DNA from: Octopus sinensis | Lineage: Eukaryota | Assembly: GCF_006345805.1 (NCBI RefSeq) | Contig: NW_021835459.1 | Span: forward strand, 6,553 to 70,552 | DNA length: 64,000 nt | Direction: 5' to 3' | Shown: piece after piece, positions 40,818 through 53,445 of the stretch | Layout: each line of letters begins with the position of its first letter | How positions within the stretch are numbered: position 1 is the first letter of the stretch | Notes under the pieces: model-generated | Told to the model about the DNA's origin: nothing | Database searches by the model: none | Seen by the model: the letters and a program-made list of their open reading frames with translations, nothing else | Made by a program: the position numbers and the translations under genes

Positions 40818-41727
40818 CGTGTGTATGTAAAATGGAGGATTAGGCAAATGTCATCTTATGTATAAATGGTTCTTGCATATGTTGTATTTGTATGCCATAC
40901 TTATCCATACAATGGAGTTTGTGTCCATGTGAGAACATTTTTCATTTTCCAACTGTGTTCAATAAATTCCCCACCACCACCACCACCACCACCACCACCA
41001 CTACTGCCAATACCAACTTCTTTCTTCATTTCAGATAACTTGTCTCAGTAATACTGCCTTTGATGGCATAAAAGTGATACTTTTCCTCTTTATTTATTTA
41101 TCATTATTATTATTATTATTATTATTTTTTTTTTTTGTATATTCCCTCCTTCTCCACTCACAAAGTAGTCCACAAACATAGCCTTGCCATCTTACATGTA
41201 AACCTGAAACTCTCTCCTATAGGTTTAAATGATAATCTTGATATACTCGCTTCTGATGTCTACCACTTATTCTACCTTACCCACCCCAATAATATTATTT
41301 ACTCAAACATCATCATCATTATTACTGCTGATATTCTAATTTAAGAAGGAACAACTAAGCTGCTTTTGTTTTTACAATTAAATTACAGAAATATCATTAA
41401 AAGGCTTTATTTATTCATTGTTATTATTATTATTATTACTATTTATGTTGTTGTTTCTTTTTTTCTCTTTCTTGGCCTGGTATGTTAGTTGATATTATCT
41501 GCTATACTGCAGCTTCACATTTCAATAAAATAATTTGATTCTTGAATATATATTTATAAAACTTATGTATGGAATATTCCCTGATGAAATGAGGTACAGA
41601 GTCTTATATGTAACCAAATATCCTGCTTATGTTGTTAATCTAGAAATAATGGAGGAAGCAGAGGAGAAAGAGAAATAAGAAGTGGGTGGCAGAGAGAAAG
41701 AGAGTGAGGGAGATAGAGAGGGAGATG

Positions 41728-41787
<60 letters not shown>

Positions 41788-42091
41788 CAAGTTAAATTAA
41801 TGTGTGTTGTGTTGCTAGAGAAATATATCAAACGCAATCAATTATTCATCAATGAGCCCTTACATTGGAATGAAATCAATGGTCGAGGTCAAACAAAGGT
41901 GATTTGAATGGCAGCACCATGAAACACTTGTCCTGCATGGATTGATTAACTTTGATATAGCTGAAGGAATGAAATAGAGGCCAGAGGGCTAATGGAATTC
42001 TCGGATGGATGTGAATGGATTCCCACCTGCAGAACAATTCCTATATGTATGTGTGTGTGTGTGCATTTGTATATATGTATAATTGTATATG

Positions 42092-42122
<31 letters not shown>

Positions 42123-42133
42123 GTATATATATG

Positions 42134-42378
42134 GTGGGGGGCGTGGCTTAGTGGTTAGGGTGTCAGCATCATGATTGTAAGATTGTGGTTTCGATTCCTG
42201 GACGCCTTGTGTTTTTGAGCAAAAAACTTCATTTCCCGTTGCTCCAGTCCACTCAGCTGGCAAAAATGAGTAACACTGCGATGGACTGGCGTCCTGTCCA
42301 GCTGGGAAACACATACACCATTGAAACCGGAAAATTGGGCCCATGAGCCTGGCTAGGCTTTAAAAGGGCGCATTTATT
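42134..42378 (+). mobile_element. Family D tRNA-derived SINE
   Basis: A box gtggcttagtgg, B box ggtttcgattcc, body gctccagtccactcagctgg. Confidence 0.85.
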
Positions 42379-42442
42379 ATATTATTTTTAGATATATATA
42401 TATATACACGCACTTTTTTCTCTCCTTGTTTTTTTCTGTGTA

Positions 42443-42480
42443 TCTTTCTGTCGAAGAGCGTAGGCTTGAAACGTAAAAGA
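42443..42480 (+). ncRNA. Minimal hammerhead-like motif (A6U core variant)
   Basis: TCTTT-CTGTCGA-A-GAGC gtag GCTT-GAAAC-GTA-AAAGA; 5-bp stem I and palindromic ACGT stem III. Confidence 0.55.
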
Positions 42481-42568
42481 CTTTTTCTATTCCTGAGCAC
42501 TATACTAATACATTTGTTTGTTTGTACTCCACCTGCCTTCGTCTTTTGTTTATTTTCGTAAACTTTCC

Positions 42569-42609
<41 letters not shown>

Positions 42610-43844
42610 GAGAATGGAGCAGATAAAATCCAGGCTATATATGTTTCATAGCCATCAGAACCTCAGAAGTAGTAATTATCCAAACAAAGAGTAATCTGAA
42701 GCTACTCGTCAGGCCAGAGATACCATAATCAAAAGAAGTTTACATTGTTGTCAAAGGATGCCCGTTAATTTGCAGGAGATTCGATTGGCTCCTTTTTCAT
42801 CTTATCAAATTTTGTTATGGGAAAAATTTACAACCTTCTATGTCAATAAATGGCTATTGTTCCTGAAAGTTGTTTTTTATATCTTCTGTGGACTGCTTGA
42901 AGCTGACTATCTTCCTATACCTCGATCCTTCGATCTTACCTTTACAGATTTTATATATATATATATATATATAATATATATGTGTGTAAAATATACACAC
43001 ACACACATACACAGGCACACACAGAGGCACACATGCACACACAGAGGCACACATGCACACACACAGACACACAGTTTTGATTTCCCAAATCTACTCACAA
43101 AAGTGGTTCACCCAAGACTATAATAACAGATTGTTATTCAAGTTTCTCAGTCATGGTCATATGCCTGTCTGCATGCACTTGCAGTGTGTGCATGTTTTCA
43201 TGCACATCAAAATGAATTTTCATAACAACAACGGGGGGGGGGACACACAAAAAAACAAACAAAAATTCCAACAACAATAACAAAAACCAAACTAATATGA
43301 TTTAAGTAAAAAATGGTTTATCATTAAAATATCTTATGCAAAACCAACAGGTGTTGTTGAAGAAAGATTTTTATCACCTGCTGTGTTTTGTTGGCCTGAT
43401 TTTTTTCACTATTAAACCAAAGGTCAATCTGATTTCTCACTTTTAATATCCTCTTCGCAAATACTTCACCCTTCCTGGCCTAGTTCTTCTTAACTGGTTC
43501 TTGCTGCTTATAACTGCTTCTGCTGTTTGTTCTGGCTCTCCAGGCCTATAAAAAGATAGTAAATTAAAATAACATCTGCAACAATAATGCAGCAAAAGAA
43601 AAAATAAATAAACAAAATAAAATAAAGAGAGAAGGTCAGTGTTGAAGTGTTGACAGTTATTAAAACAAATTATGATATTCTTCAACTTCGACCCTCCCTT
43701 GCTTTCTTTCCTTCTCACTCTCTCATACTCTCTTTCAAAATATGCATCTATGTACTCAGTCATACACATATGCATGCATGCATTGAATGTTTGCAAGCAT
43801 ACATATGTGCACAAACACGCATTGGCACATAGATTCATATGTGT

Positions 43845-43914
43845 ATCATCATCATCATCATCATCATCATCATCGTCATCATCGTCATCGTCATCGTCAT
43901 CATTGTCATCGTTG

Positions 43915-43953
<39 letters not shown>

Positions 43954-44009
43954 CCATCATCACCATCATCATCATCATCATCATCACCATCATCACCATC
44001 ATCATCACC

Positions 44010-44055
<46 letters not shown>

Positions 44056-44059
44056 CCAT

Positions 44060-44091
<32 letters not shown>

Positions 44092-44220
44092 CCACCACCA
44101 CCACCACCACCACCACCACCACCACCACCACCACCACCACCACCACCACCACCACCACCACCACCACACCACCACCATCATCACCACCACCACCACCACC
44201 ACCACCATCATCATCATCAT
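43845..44220. repeat. About 375-bp (CAT)n to (CAC)n trinucleotide tract abutting a family B SINE tail
   Basis: Directly visible; the SINE body begins at ttaacatccattttccatgc (about 44221). Confidence 0.95.
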
Positions 44221-44354
44221 TTAACATCCATTTTCCATGCTGGCTTAATTTGGGTGGTTTAAAAGAAGCTGGCCAGCTGAAGAGTTACCTAGACTCCACA
44301 GCTGGATGCTCTTCCTTATGCCACCCACTATACAGAGCGTACTGGATGCTTTCA

Positions 44355-44715
44355 CGCAGGAACCATGGTTGTGTGATGAGAAGTTTGCATCCCAGCCACA
44401 TGGCTCTGGGTTCAGTTTTGCTGCATGGCACCTTGGGCAAGCATCTTCTTCTATAGCTTCAAGCTGGCCAAAGCCTTGGGAGTGGATTTTGTTGGCAGAA
44501 ACTGAAAGAAGCCTGTTGTCTCTCATCACTGCTTGACAATTGATGTTGGTTTGTTTATGTCTCTGTAACTTAGTGGTTCAGCAGAAAAGACCAGTAAAAT
44601 AAGTACCAGGCATAAATTGAATAAATATTAGGGTCATTTCATCCGGCTAAATCCCTTCAAGGTGATGCCCCAGCATAACTGCAGACCATTGACTGAAAAC
44701 AAGTTAAAAAATAAA
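44355..44715 (+). mobile_element. Family A SINE, decayed
   Basis: catggttgtgtgatgagaagtttgc...gggttcagtt...ggcaccttgggcaag...ctatagc. Confidence 0.7.
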
Positions 44716-44729
44716 AGATATGTATATTA

Positions 44730-45135
44730 CAGGGTGTGTAAAATATTTGAGGACAGATTTATGCTTATAAAAAAAAACATATAATAACAGATAACTTTAT
44801 TTATCAAAAATTATTATGAGGATAAAAATATACCTTCTTTTCTATAATGTTATTCAATAAAGCCACCTTCAACTTCAACAACTGCTTCTATATGAGACCT
44901 AAGTCATATATATGCTCGAATCAAGTGGTCCTGGTTCATTTTGGACATTACTTTGACTATGGCAGCTTCCAAAGAGTCTTTGGTGTTATGGGTGTGTTCA
45001 TTGACCTCTCTCTCAACAATGTTCCACATGTAATAGTCCAGTAGATTAAGATCTGGGGAATTAGGAGGCCAGATATTAGGAGTTTGTGACCATGAACATT
45101 TTCAACAACCCTTTCCTGTGTTACTAGTCATGTGT
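44730..45135 (-). mobile_element. maT (DD37D) transposase 3' fragment of a second subfamily
   Basis: TA-cagggtgtg TIR; remnant PNIWPPNSPDLNLLDYYMWNIVEREVNEHTHNTKDSL. Confidence 0.8.
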
Positions 45136-45199
45136 GATAGTGCAGAGTCTTACTGAAACACATGACCTTCCATTTCATACACTGTCAATCCAGGGCTTA

Positions 45200-45500
45200 A
45201 CAATTTCGAAACGCAGAGTAGATGAAACAAAGGCGGCTGAAGAAGGGGAATATTCCTTGTGTTGTATGTCTTGTACTCTATTTTTTCGTTGTTTAAGAAA
45301 AATGTCCATTTCCTTGGTTTTGTGTTATGTTTTCGTTTCTCATTGTGTTCGACGTTTTTTTGGTGTCCTGTACCCATATATGCATGTATATACACATATA
45401 TCGATGTAGGTATGTACATATATGTATGTATATATGCATATGTTTTATTTATTATTTTATTATATGATAGAATGCCACGCATCCACTTCTAAGTAAGCTT
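45200..45500 (+). mobile_element. Young repeat, twin of 63200-63510
   Basis: About 270 bp nearly identical between the two sites (gatgaaacaaaggcg...gaatgccacgcatccacttctaagt). Confidence 0.8.
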
Positions 45501-45553
45501 TATCTTTATATATATATATGTGTGTATATATATATATGTGTGTGTATATATAT

Positions 45554-45672
<119 letters not shown>

Positions 45673-46774
45673 GTATATACATATATATACATATACAAAG
45701 CATAGTATAAAGTATAAGTAGTTGGACACCACCACAACTACCACCAGTAGCTATTATGCTCTCATTATATGTAGGTCACATTTATATTTGTGGATAAAGA
45801 TCATAGATTCAGCTGATCATGTTCCTGACTGTTTGAGTGATGACCCTGAAAAAAAGCTGACTGTCCTAGAAGAGGGGAGGGGTGAAGGAAATAATATCTT
45901 AATCAAGCAATGCAAATTCAATTCAGAGGGCTTTATAACAGTTTTTCTATTTATATTCTGCCTCACCATATCATCTTATAAAAGGAAGAACAGACCAGAG
46001 AGTTACAAACAGTTAGCTTGTGCAATTGCTGCTAATCAAAAGCTCTCTGTACTAGATACCAATAATTTTCAGGGGTCATCAGAAGAGAAGGTGCACTGTT
46101 TCTGGGTCTTCCTCTCAGTGACATTATAATACACTGGCTCTCACACACCAATATGAGGCCCTGCTTACTGGATCAACAGACTAGTATTTAATCATTAACA
46201 TTTGATCTAAAGTCCTTCATCTCAGGATCATATACATGTACTATACCTGAAAAACAGATGGATGGTCACAGCTGAAATGCATTTGATCAGAGATTAACTT
46301 AATCTGAGATAACTTGGTGTTAAACAACAACTAAGCATAATCCTATTTGGCGCACACAGTAAATGCTGTCGTGAATGTTTGTAATTTTTATACTTTTATT
46401 GCTTAGTCAGAAGAGAAAAGGACAATGTCAACGATTGTTTATGGCTTCTAAGACTGGCAGAAGAAAAGAAGAAAGTTATCTTCAGATTAAAGACTTGCTT
46501 CAAATGTTTGAAGTAGAGTGTAGTCTACTAAAGCCATCAAAGGGTCAAGTAGTGATATCAACCCAGCTGATAGATTACGTCTACCAATCAAGAGCAGAGG
46601 TAATCCTTCTGATGGGTGACCACAGTTTCTGTCTACCAAATTTTACTCACAAGGTGCAGGTATGGCTGTGTGGTAAGTTTGCTTCCCAACTATATGGTTT
46701 TTGAGTTCAGGCCCACTCCGTGGGACTACAACCCTGGGCAGACCAAAAGACTTGCAAGTGGATTGGTCAAAATG

Positions 46775-46802
46775 CTAACCCTAACCCTAACCGTAACCCT
46801 AA
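46775..46802. repeat. Short interstitial telomere-type repeat (CTAACC)x4
   Basis: ctaacc ctaacc ctaacc gtaacc ctaa. Confidence 0.7.
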
Positions 46803-46811
46803 GCATTTTGC

Positions 46812-46990
46812 CTAATGCTTAGCAGTATTTTGTCCATCCTTACATTCTGAGTTCAAGTTCTGCTGAGGTTGAGTTTACCTTTCATCATTTCGGGGTTGAT
46901 AGAATAAGTATCAGTTGAACACTGAGGATAATGTAATCGATTTGTCTCTGGCCCCAAAATTGCTGGCCTTGTGCCAAAATCTGAAATCAA
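46812..46990 (+). mobile_element. Family C SINE fragment
   Basis: aatgcttagcagtatttt...ttctgagttcaagttctgctgagg...cggggttgatag. Confidence 0.7.
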
Positions 46991-47001
46991 GATATTCTCC
47001 T

Positions 47002-47151
47002 TCATCGTTCATCACTTCTAGCCAAATATTCCAATATCTTGTCAATGCCTTGACAATAAAAATAGCAAGGTACAGACCTGAAGAATTCATTGAGCCATGT
47101 TTTCAGCTCCACATCATTGCTGAGCAAAATGTTTTGCAGACTGTTGGAGAG
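47002..47151 (-). pseudogene. Mariner transposase C-terminal remnant
   Basis: SLQNILLSNDVELKTWLNEFFRSVPCYFYCQGIDKILE resembles mariner SLQNFL...VKTWLDEFFASK...FY..GI.KL. Confidence 0.65.
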
Positions 47152-47699
47152 CTACTGAGAAAGGTAATAATCTGAAGGAACTATACTAGGAGAACATGAC
47201 GGGTGCTGTAGAACTTCCTAACTGATCTCTTAGGTAACATGTTTTGGGGACAATCATTGTTGTATTGAGCAGGGTCATTTACCTGATGGAAAGAAAGTTT
47301 TATCTTCCTTTTCTTACTAACAGTCACTTTTGTCTTAGCTAGGTTCTTGAGTTAACCAACTGAAAACTTAAAAGTTAGATTCATGTTTTGATAACTTTTT
47401 TTCAAGAAATAATTTTTGTATCTTTTTGGCTTTCATACATTTTTCTTTAAACTCATTTCATTACTAAATGTCAAGCTAAAATACATAGGCATTACTGAGG
47501 AAGTATCTTTGCCTATATACTCTTTAAAATTAGTTTATTTTGTCTGTAAAATTTTCTTGGCTCTGCATTATACTGACACAATTATTATTTTAAAATATAC
47601 TTAGGAAAAAAAATTACTGAAATAGAATTATAGTAAATACAGTCAGTCTGCTATGATTTGTGTAGTTGTTGGTTTTTTTTTTTTTTATTCTTTGATAAG

Positions 47700-47732
47700 G
47701 TTGGTTGAAATGTCCAGAAAGATGATGGACTT
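47700..47732 (+). CDS. Candidate 33-nt internal coding exon (RLVEMSRKMMDL), product unknown
   Basis: Long polypyrimidine tract plus AG, a GTGAGT donor, phase 2-2, and outside recognisable repeats. No homology recognised. Confidence 0.3.
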
Positions 47733-48127
47733 GTGAGTCACTTTGGCTCAATCACTTAGCAATTTTCTCAGTGTAGGTCTTTTTCAAGCAGTGCTGAATT
47801 AGTTTAACCAATGATATTGGTTTTAAATTTTGGCACAAGGCTAGTAATTTCAGGGCAGAAGTTGAGTAAATTACATCGACCCCAGTTCTCAACTGGTACT
47901 CGTTTTATTGATTTCAAAATGATGAAAGGCAGAGTTGAGCCTGGTGGAATTTGAACTCAGAATGTAGTTAAATACAATTTAGTTTTTAACTTTTTGTAGT
48001 TTGTAGAAGCTTAGGCTGCCTCCATAAAGCTGGGAAATCCAGAAATCTGAGCTACTTCCAGTCCCAAGTTTACTGGATATTTGGTGCAGTTCTGTATCTA
48101 TGTATGCATATATGTATTCTTTTAATC

Positions 48128-48530
48128 TTTTATTCTTTTATTCTTTTACTTGTTTCAGTCATTTCACTGCAGTCATGCTGGAGCACTGCCTTAAAGGGTT
48201 TCAGTTGAAGAAATCGACACCAGGACTTATTCTTTGTAAGCCTAGTACTTATTCTATCAAACTCTTTTGCTAAACCGCTAAGTTATGGAGATGTAAACCC
48301 GCCAACATCAGTTGTAAAGTGATGGTAGGGGAACAAACACAGACACGTAAATACATACATATATACATATGACGGTGTTCTTTTCAGTTTCTGTCCACCA
48401 AATTCACTCACAAGGCTTTGGTTGGCCCAAGGCTTTAGTTGAAGACACTTACTCAAGGTACCACACAGTGGGACGGAACCTGGTACCATGTGATCAGGAA
48501 GCAAGCATCTTACCACACACCCACGCCTAC
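48128..48530 (-). mobile_element. Family A SINE, full length
   Basis: Reverse complement of the 16246-type element. Confidence 0.85.
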
Positions 48531-48569
48531 ACCTATGTATGTATATAAACATGTGTGTGTATATACATA

Positions 48570-49449
48570 CAGGGTGCGATGGGTAAATTGTCACCATTTT
48601 ATATTTTTAATTGTGTGCATGTGCATTGTTTTTCATTTTGTTGACTATACAGTATAGTAGGGTCAGTTGGGCACCATTTACCAACAGCACCATGACATAA
48701 TTCACTCTGCCAGAAATTTGGAAATGGCATACTGTACTGCTTTGCATTCATGCTAGAAGCTCCAATACAAACATTTCAGAGTGTTTGGATGTCAATATGA
48801 GAACTGTGAAATCAGAGGACATGTACTGAGAGTGATAAAAATCAAACATCCAATCAACATCATGGTGTTTGGAGTGATCACTAGTGATGGCGACGTTATA
48901 CCTCCATTCATCTTCCCACACGGCCTCAGACTTAACACAGAGGCTTACATCAAATGCCTCGAGGAAGTAATGCTGCCCTGGGTCAAGAGGGTGGCTGCTG
49001 GAAGACCCTATGTCTGGCAACAAGACTCTGCACCATGCCACACAAGCAGCAGAACCTAGTCATGGCTGTCAGACAATTTCTGTGAGCACATCACCACTAA
49101 CATCTGGCCGCCTAACTCTCCAGACTGCAATCCCCTTGACTATTATGTGTGGGGTGCAGTTGAGTGAGAGACCAACAAAACTCCTTGTAACACCAAAGAT
49201 GAACTGAAGTTAAGGATTATGGTAGCATTCACCAACTTAAACAAGGAGAGCATCCAGTAGAGTCGCAGGAGATTTTGAAGTTGTCTTGAGGCCGTGGTTT
49301 AAGCCAATAGCGATTTTATTGAATAAATTTACTCTTTAATATTTGAAGAGATTTTTGTGTAATTTTGGTAAATATATCTGTTAAAATGAGATGTCAGTGT
49401 TATTTTAATTTTTGTATAATTTAGATGACAATTTATTCACCACACCCTG
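48570..49449 (+). mobile_element. Internally deleted maT (DD37D) element with both TIRs and TA TSD
   Basis: TA-cagggtgcgatgggtaaattgtc ... ttattcaccacaccctg-TA; IKHPINIMVFGVITSDG, WQQDSAPCH, WPPNSPDCNPLDYYVWG. Confidence 0.92.
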
Positions 49450-49469
49450 TATATGTGTATATATGTATA

Positions 49470-49551
<82 letters not shown>

Positions 49552-49640
49552 TTTCAAATTTCAGTTGAATAAAGTTAAGAGATGGTCTGGTTTACACATT
49601 TTTATTATGCTATTTTATCATTAAAAAAAATTTTGTAATT

Positions 49641-49771
49641 CTCATAAAGTTAAATTACTGCTTTTATACAAAGAGCAATCCTCAGATTTCAAACGTGTTT
49701 ACCTGTCAGTTTAACACATTTGAAATCTGATGTTTACTCTGTGTATGAAACTGCTAATTTAACTTTATGAG
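49641..49771. mobile_element. 131-bp palindromic fold-back MITE
   Basis: Perfect 17-bp ends ctcataaagttaaatta / taatttaactttatgag, and imperfect pairing all the way to a 13-nt loop. Confidence 0.7.
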
Positions 49772-49869
49772 CATAACAAAATATTTTTTTTATTACTAAA
49801 ATACCATAATAAAATAACTTTTAACTTTATTTAACTGATACATACATACATACCTACATAAATATATAT

Positions 49870-49920
<51 letters not shown>

Positions 49921-50934
49921 GGTCAGGATTTAAGTAAATCAGACACTTAAATGGTAAAGCACCAGGTCAGGTCAAAACACAGAGGAACACATATATGGGT
50001 ACTGAAGTACAGTTGGAGAGATATTCAGGTTATGTATACAATTAACTTTACTCAACTGAGTATATCATGAGCCCCGAAGCTAACCTAGGAAATGCACATC
50101 GCACTAAATGTACAGTCTATAATATACTTCAGATCCACACAAGGAGCAGATTCTGAGTGAGGTGAATAATAAATAACAAACAGATGCATAATGTGGCAAT
50201 CCACTACAACTGTTTCCAATGAGTTTTTAATTGATTAATGGAGAAATTACATCTTTAGAAGAAAACCATCATCATCAGATGAATACATGAATTACAACAG
50301 TCAAAATCATTCAAAAGCCAACAGTTTGAGCCACTTCATGATTCTATGACCAGTGTTGTTCAGAAGAATGAATTTGTTTGTTCAGTTTGGTAGTAGTACA
50401 AGAGAAAATACTGTCAGGCACCTGTAGGTGGGTAACAAAGACTTATAGCAATGAAAGAGATAAGAGGATGGGGTAGGGGGAAATCAGATATCAAAGCATC
50501 TTGCTCCTACAACTAAAATAGAGTTAATTTCTTTTATCTTTTACTTTTATTCAGAAAAAGGTTTGGGGGCTAAGTTCAATGGGTAAGGTCAACCAGTTAT
50601 TTGTTTATGTATTTCACCAGCTTCTATGGTATATGCCCACTTCAATGTTAGAAAAAACTGTAAAAAAGAAAGGATAAAATACAATAACGTGTAAAAAGTG
50701 AATTGGGAAAAATAATAGAATATATAATAACCATAATTTGATAAATAAGTATGATGTTATAAGATGAATCAAAATATACGAAAAATAAGAAAATATGAGT
50801 AAAAATATGGTATAAATTTCTAAGCCATGATTTGAGTCGTATAAAATAGATAAGGCTGACTGTAGTCATAAATGCATTTATATTAAGAATTTGAAGTGTA
50901 TAATAAAAATCAAAGACTAAGTATTTATACATAG

Positions 50935-51270
50935 TGTGCAGGAGTGGCTGTGTGGTAAGTAGCTTACTTACCACATTGTTCTGGGTTCAGTCCCACTGCA
51001 TAGCACCTTGGGCAAGGATCTTCTACTATAGCCTTGGGTCAAAAAAAGCCTTGTGGGTGGATTTGGTACACGGAAACTGAAAGAAGCCCGTCTGATATAT
51101 GTATATATTTGTATGTGTGTGTGTGCAGTTCAGCAAAAAAGACTGATAGAATAAGTATTAGGCTTATAAAGAATAAGTCCTGGGGTTGATTTGCTTGACT
51201 AAAGGCAGTGCTTCTGCATGGCCGCAGTCAAATGACTGAAACAAGTAACAGAGTGAAGAGAGTAAAGAGT
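50935..51270 (+). mobile_element. Family A SINE
   Basis: Same head, body and tail as the other copies. Confidence 0.85.
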
Positions 51271-51607
51271 GCATACAACATAAAGGATATGAGTACATAA
51301 TATATAAAATATTTTGTATTATAGATTATAAATAAACAGATATAAATAGTGGTGCCCCAGCATGACTGCAGTTTTAAAGCTGAAACAACTTATAGAATTT
51401 AAAGAATATATCAATATAAATGCACCTATTAATAATAGTAAAATATAAATTCAAAGTAGTATGACTAGTTTATAAGCATGAAAAAGTATATTTCAGAGTA
51501 TATTTTATGAAAGTATGCATTGAGAAATGCAGAATTGTTACAAATAATACAGCCATATGATAAAAGATATAATATAGATAAAAAATATAAAAATTCTAGA
51601 GTATATA

Positions 51608-51769
51608 GGCGCAGGAGTGGCTGTGTGGTAAGTAGCTTGCTAACCAACCACATAGTTCCGGGTTCAGTCCCACTGCGTGGCATCTTGGGCAAGTGTCTTC
51701 TGCTATAGCCCCGGGCCGACCAATGCCTTGTGAGTGGATTTGGTAGACGGAAACTGAAAGAAGCCTGTC

Positions 51770-51807
<38 letters not shown>

Positions 51808-51997
51808 TTGTGTGTCTGTGTTTGTCCCCCTAGCATTGCCTAACAACCGATGCTGGTGTGTTTACGTCCCCGTCACTTAGCGGTTCGGCAAAAGAGACCG
51901 ATAGAATAAGTACTGGGCTTACAAAGAATAAGTTCCGGGGTGCTCCAGCATGGCCGCAGTCAAATGACTGAAACAACTAAAAGAGTAAAGAGTAAAG
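51608..51997 (+). mobile_element. Family A SINE, full length and CpG-rich (young)
   Basis: ggcgcaggagtggctgtgtggtaag...cgtccccgtcacttagcggttcggc...aaagagtaaagag. Confidence 0.92.
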
Positions 51998-52318
51998 AGT
52001 ATATAAAGCAATCTTTAAAATCAGTGAGATAAAAATTGGACTAGTATGAATTGCATAATAGTGTGTACGGAACAGGTTTTTATTCATAGTTCCTCCTTCC
52101 CCTCCCTCCCTCTATCTCTTTCCCTTTCCTCTCCCTCCTCTGTCTCCTTATCACTCCATATCCCCCTTTCTATTTCCTTCATATCATCCTCCCTCTTTCC
52201 CTCTCCCTATCGCTCCATACCCTCCTTTTCTCTTTCCTTTATATCTTCCCCTCTACCTCCTTCTGTCTCTCTCACTTCCTCTCTATCCTACTACCCCCTC
52301 TGGGCTTTGAAAACGAAG

Positions 52319-53196
52319 ATGGCACCAAACTGGGAAAGCAAGGAACTGAACCTGTTGCAAGCGTGGTTAATTGCTAGCAGCGATCCTCCAAACAACATAA
52401 TTACTGCCACACTGAAGAACAATGGTTTCTGTAGAACCTTTGAGCAAATAGAATGGAAGAAAAATGAATTCATCCAAATCCTATATCTTTATTAGACCAT
52501 ACATTGACACTTTTGATGTCATCATGGAAAATAATTGTGACAAGGCTGATAGGAATAGGGAAGATGAAGCTAGAACCAGAAGTCCCTCTGATTCAGTGGT
52601 CTCACCAAAAATGGATCCTCCACCCCTGTGAACAACCAGGCTGATAAGGATATGGAAGATGAAGAAGCAATAACCAGAAGTCCCTCTGTGCCAGTGGTCC
52701 CACAAAAAATGGAGCCTTCACCCTTATGGACAATCAGAGGAATGCAAAGACTACCACTAGTAAAGGAAGGAAAGACCATGACCACAAACGTAAAGAAGGA
52801 AGAGGAGAGAAAGGAAAAGGAAAAGAGGAAACTACTAAAACTGAAACCCAAAACCACCAAATAAAAAACAAACGCAACTCAAATATGGAGGCTCCAATGG
52901 AATCCGAAACTCTAGAGGAGAGAAAAATTAGAGTGAAGACAAAGGCATGCAAATTTTACCTGCAAGGCAAATGTTGGCATGGGGAAGATGGTACAAACTG
53001 CCGGTTTGTTCACCTGAAACCCCACCAAAATTGCAGGGGCCTTAAGGAGAAATACTTCCCCGAGGAAAGGCACCAATCGTCTCCAAAGAGAAAGTATGCA
53101 AATGCAATGTGCTCTTTAGATGTTATGCGTAAGGCAACAGCTGAGCAAGAGTCTTTTTTGTGCAAGGTACAAAAGATTGTGCAGCAGCTGACCTGA
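52319..53196 (+). pseudogene. Frameshifted LINE ORF1-like sequence: Myb/SANT-like N-terminus, acidic repeats, basic region, CCCH zinc finger
   Basis: MAPNWESKELNLLQAWL...TLKNNGFCRTFEQIEWKKN (trihelix-like) and CKFYLQGKCWHGEDGTNCRFVH; needs about 3 frameshifts to join. Confidence 0.6.
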
Positions 53197-53205
53197 CTAC
53201 ATCAT

Positions 53206-53445
53206 GTGCAAACATGGAACCTTGCTCACCCTAACACCTGCACAATCATCACGCTGATATTTTTACTAAATATTGGAGGCCTGTTGCATCACAACAACAA
53301 AAGCAAAATCTTTTTTCCTGAGAGACCTTGCTGCATGGCACTCACAGAAACTGATCTGAGGCTTGATATAGAGGATGTAGAAGTACATGCAGCAAAATAT
53401 ACCATACTGGAACAGACAGAAGGGAAAGGAGCCATGATAGAAGGT
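53206..53445 (+). pseudogene. LINE ORF2 N-terminus (APE endonuclease), 3'-truncated
   Basis: LLNIGGL...KSKI...MALTETDL..DIEDVEV...YTI matches the APE-type EN start (LNIRGL...ETWL...EI...Y.I.R.DR). Confidence 0.7.

Noticed and set aside
43672-44456. 145-205 aa poly-His/poly-Ser/poly-Ile ORFs
   Set aside because: All frames are open only because the tract is (CAT/CAC)n; it is contiguous with a SINE tail.
46375-46600. 64-codon + strand exon candidate with good splice sites
   Set aside because: Another frame reads CLWLLRLAEEKKKVIFRLKTCFKCLK, resembling a BEL/Pao gag knuckle region; more likely TE debris, but unresolved.
47090-47165. + strand exon candidate (LHIIAEQNVLQTVGELLRK)
   Set aside because: It is the antisense of a mariner transposase C-terminal remnant.
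49682-49730. Pre-miRNA-like hairpin whose 3' arm faintly resembles miR-29
   Set aside because: The seed differs, and pairing extends into a 131-bp palindrome with perfect ends, which fits a MITE better.
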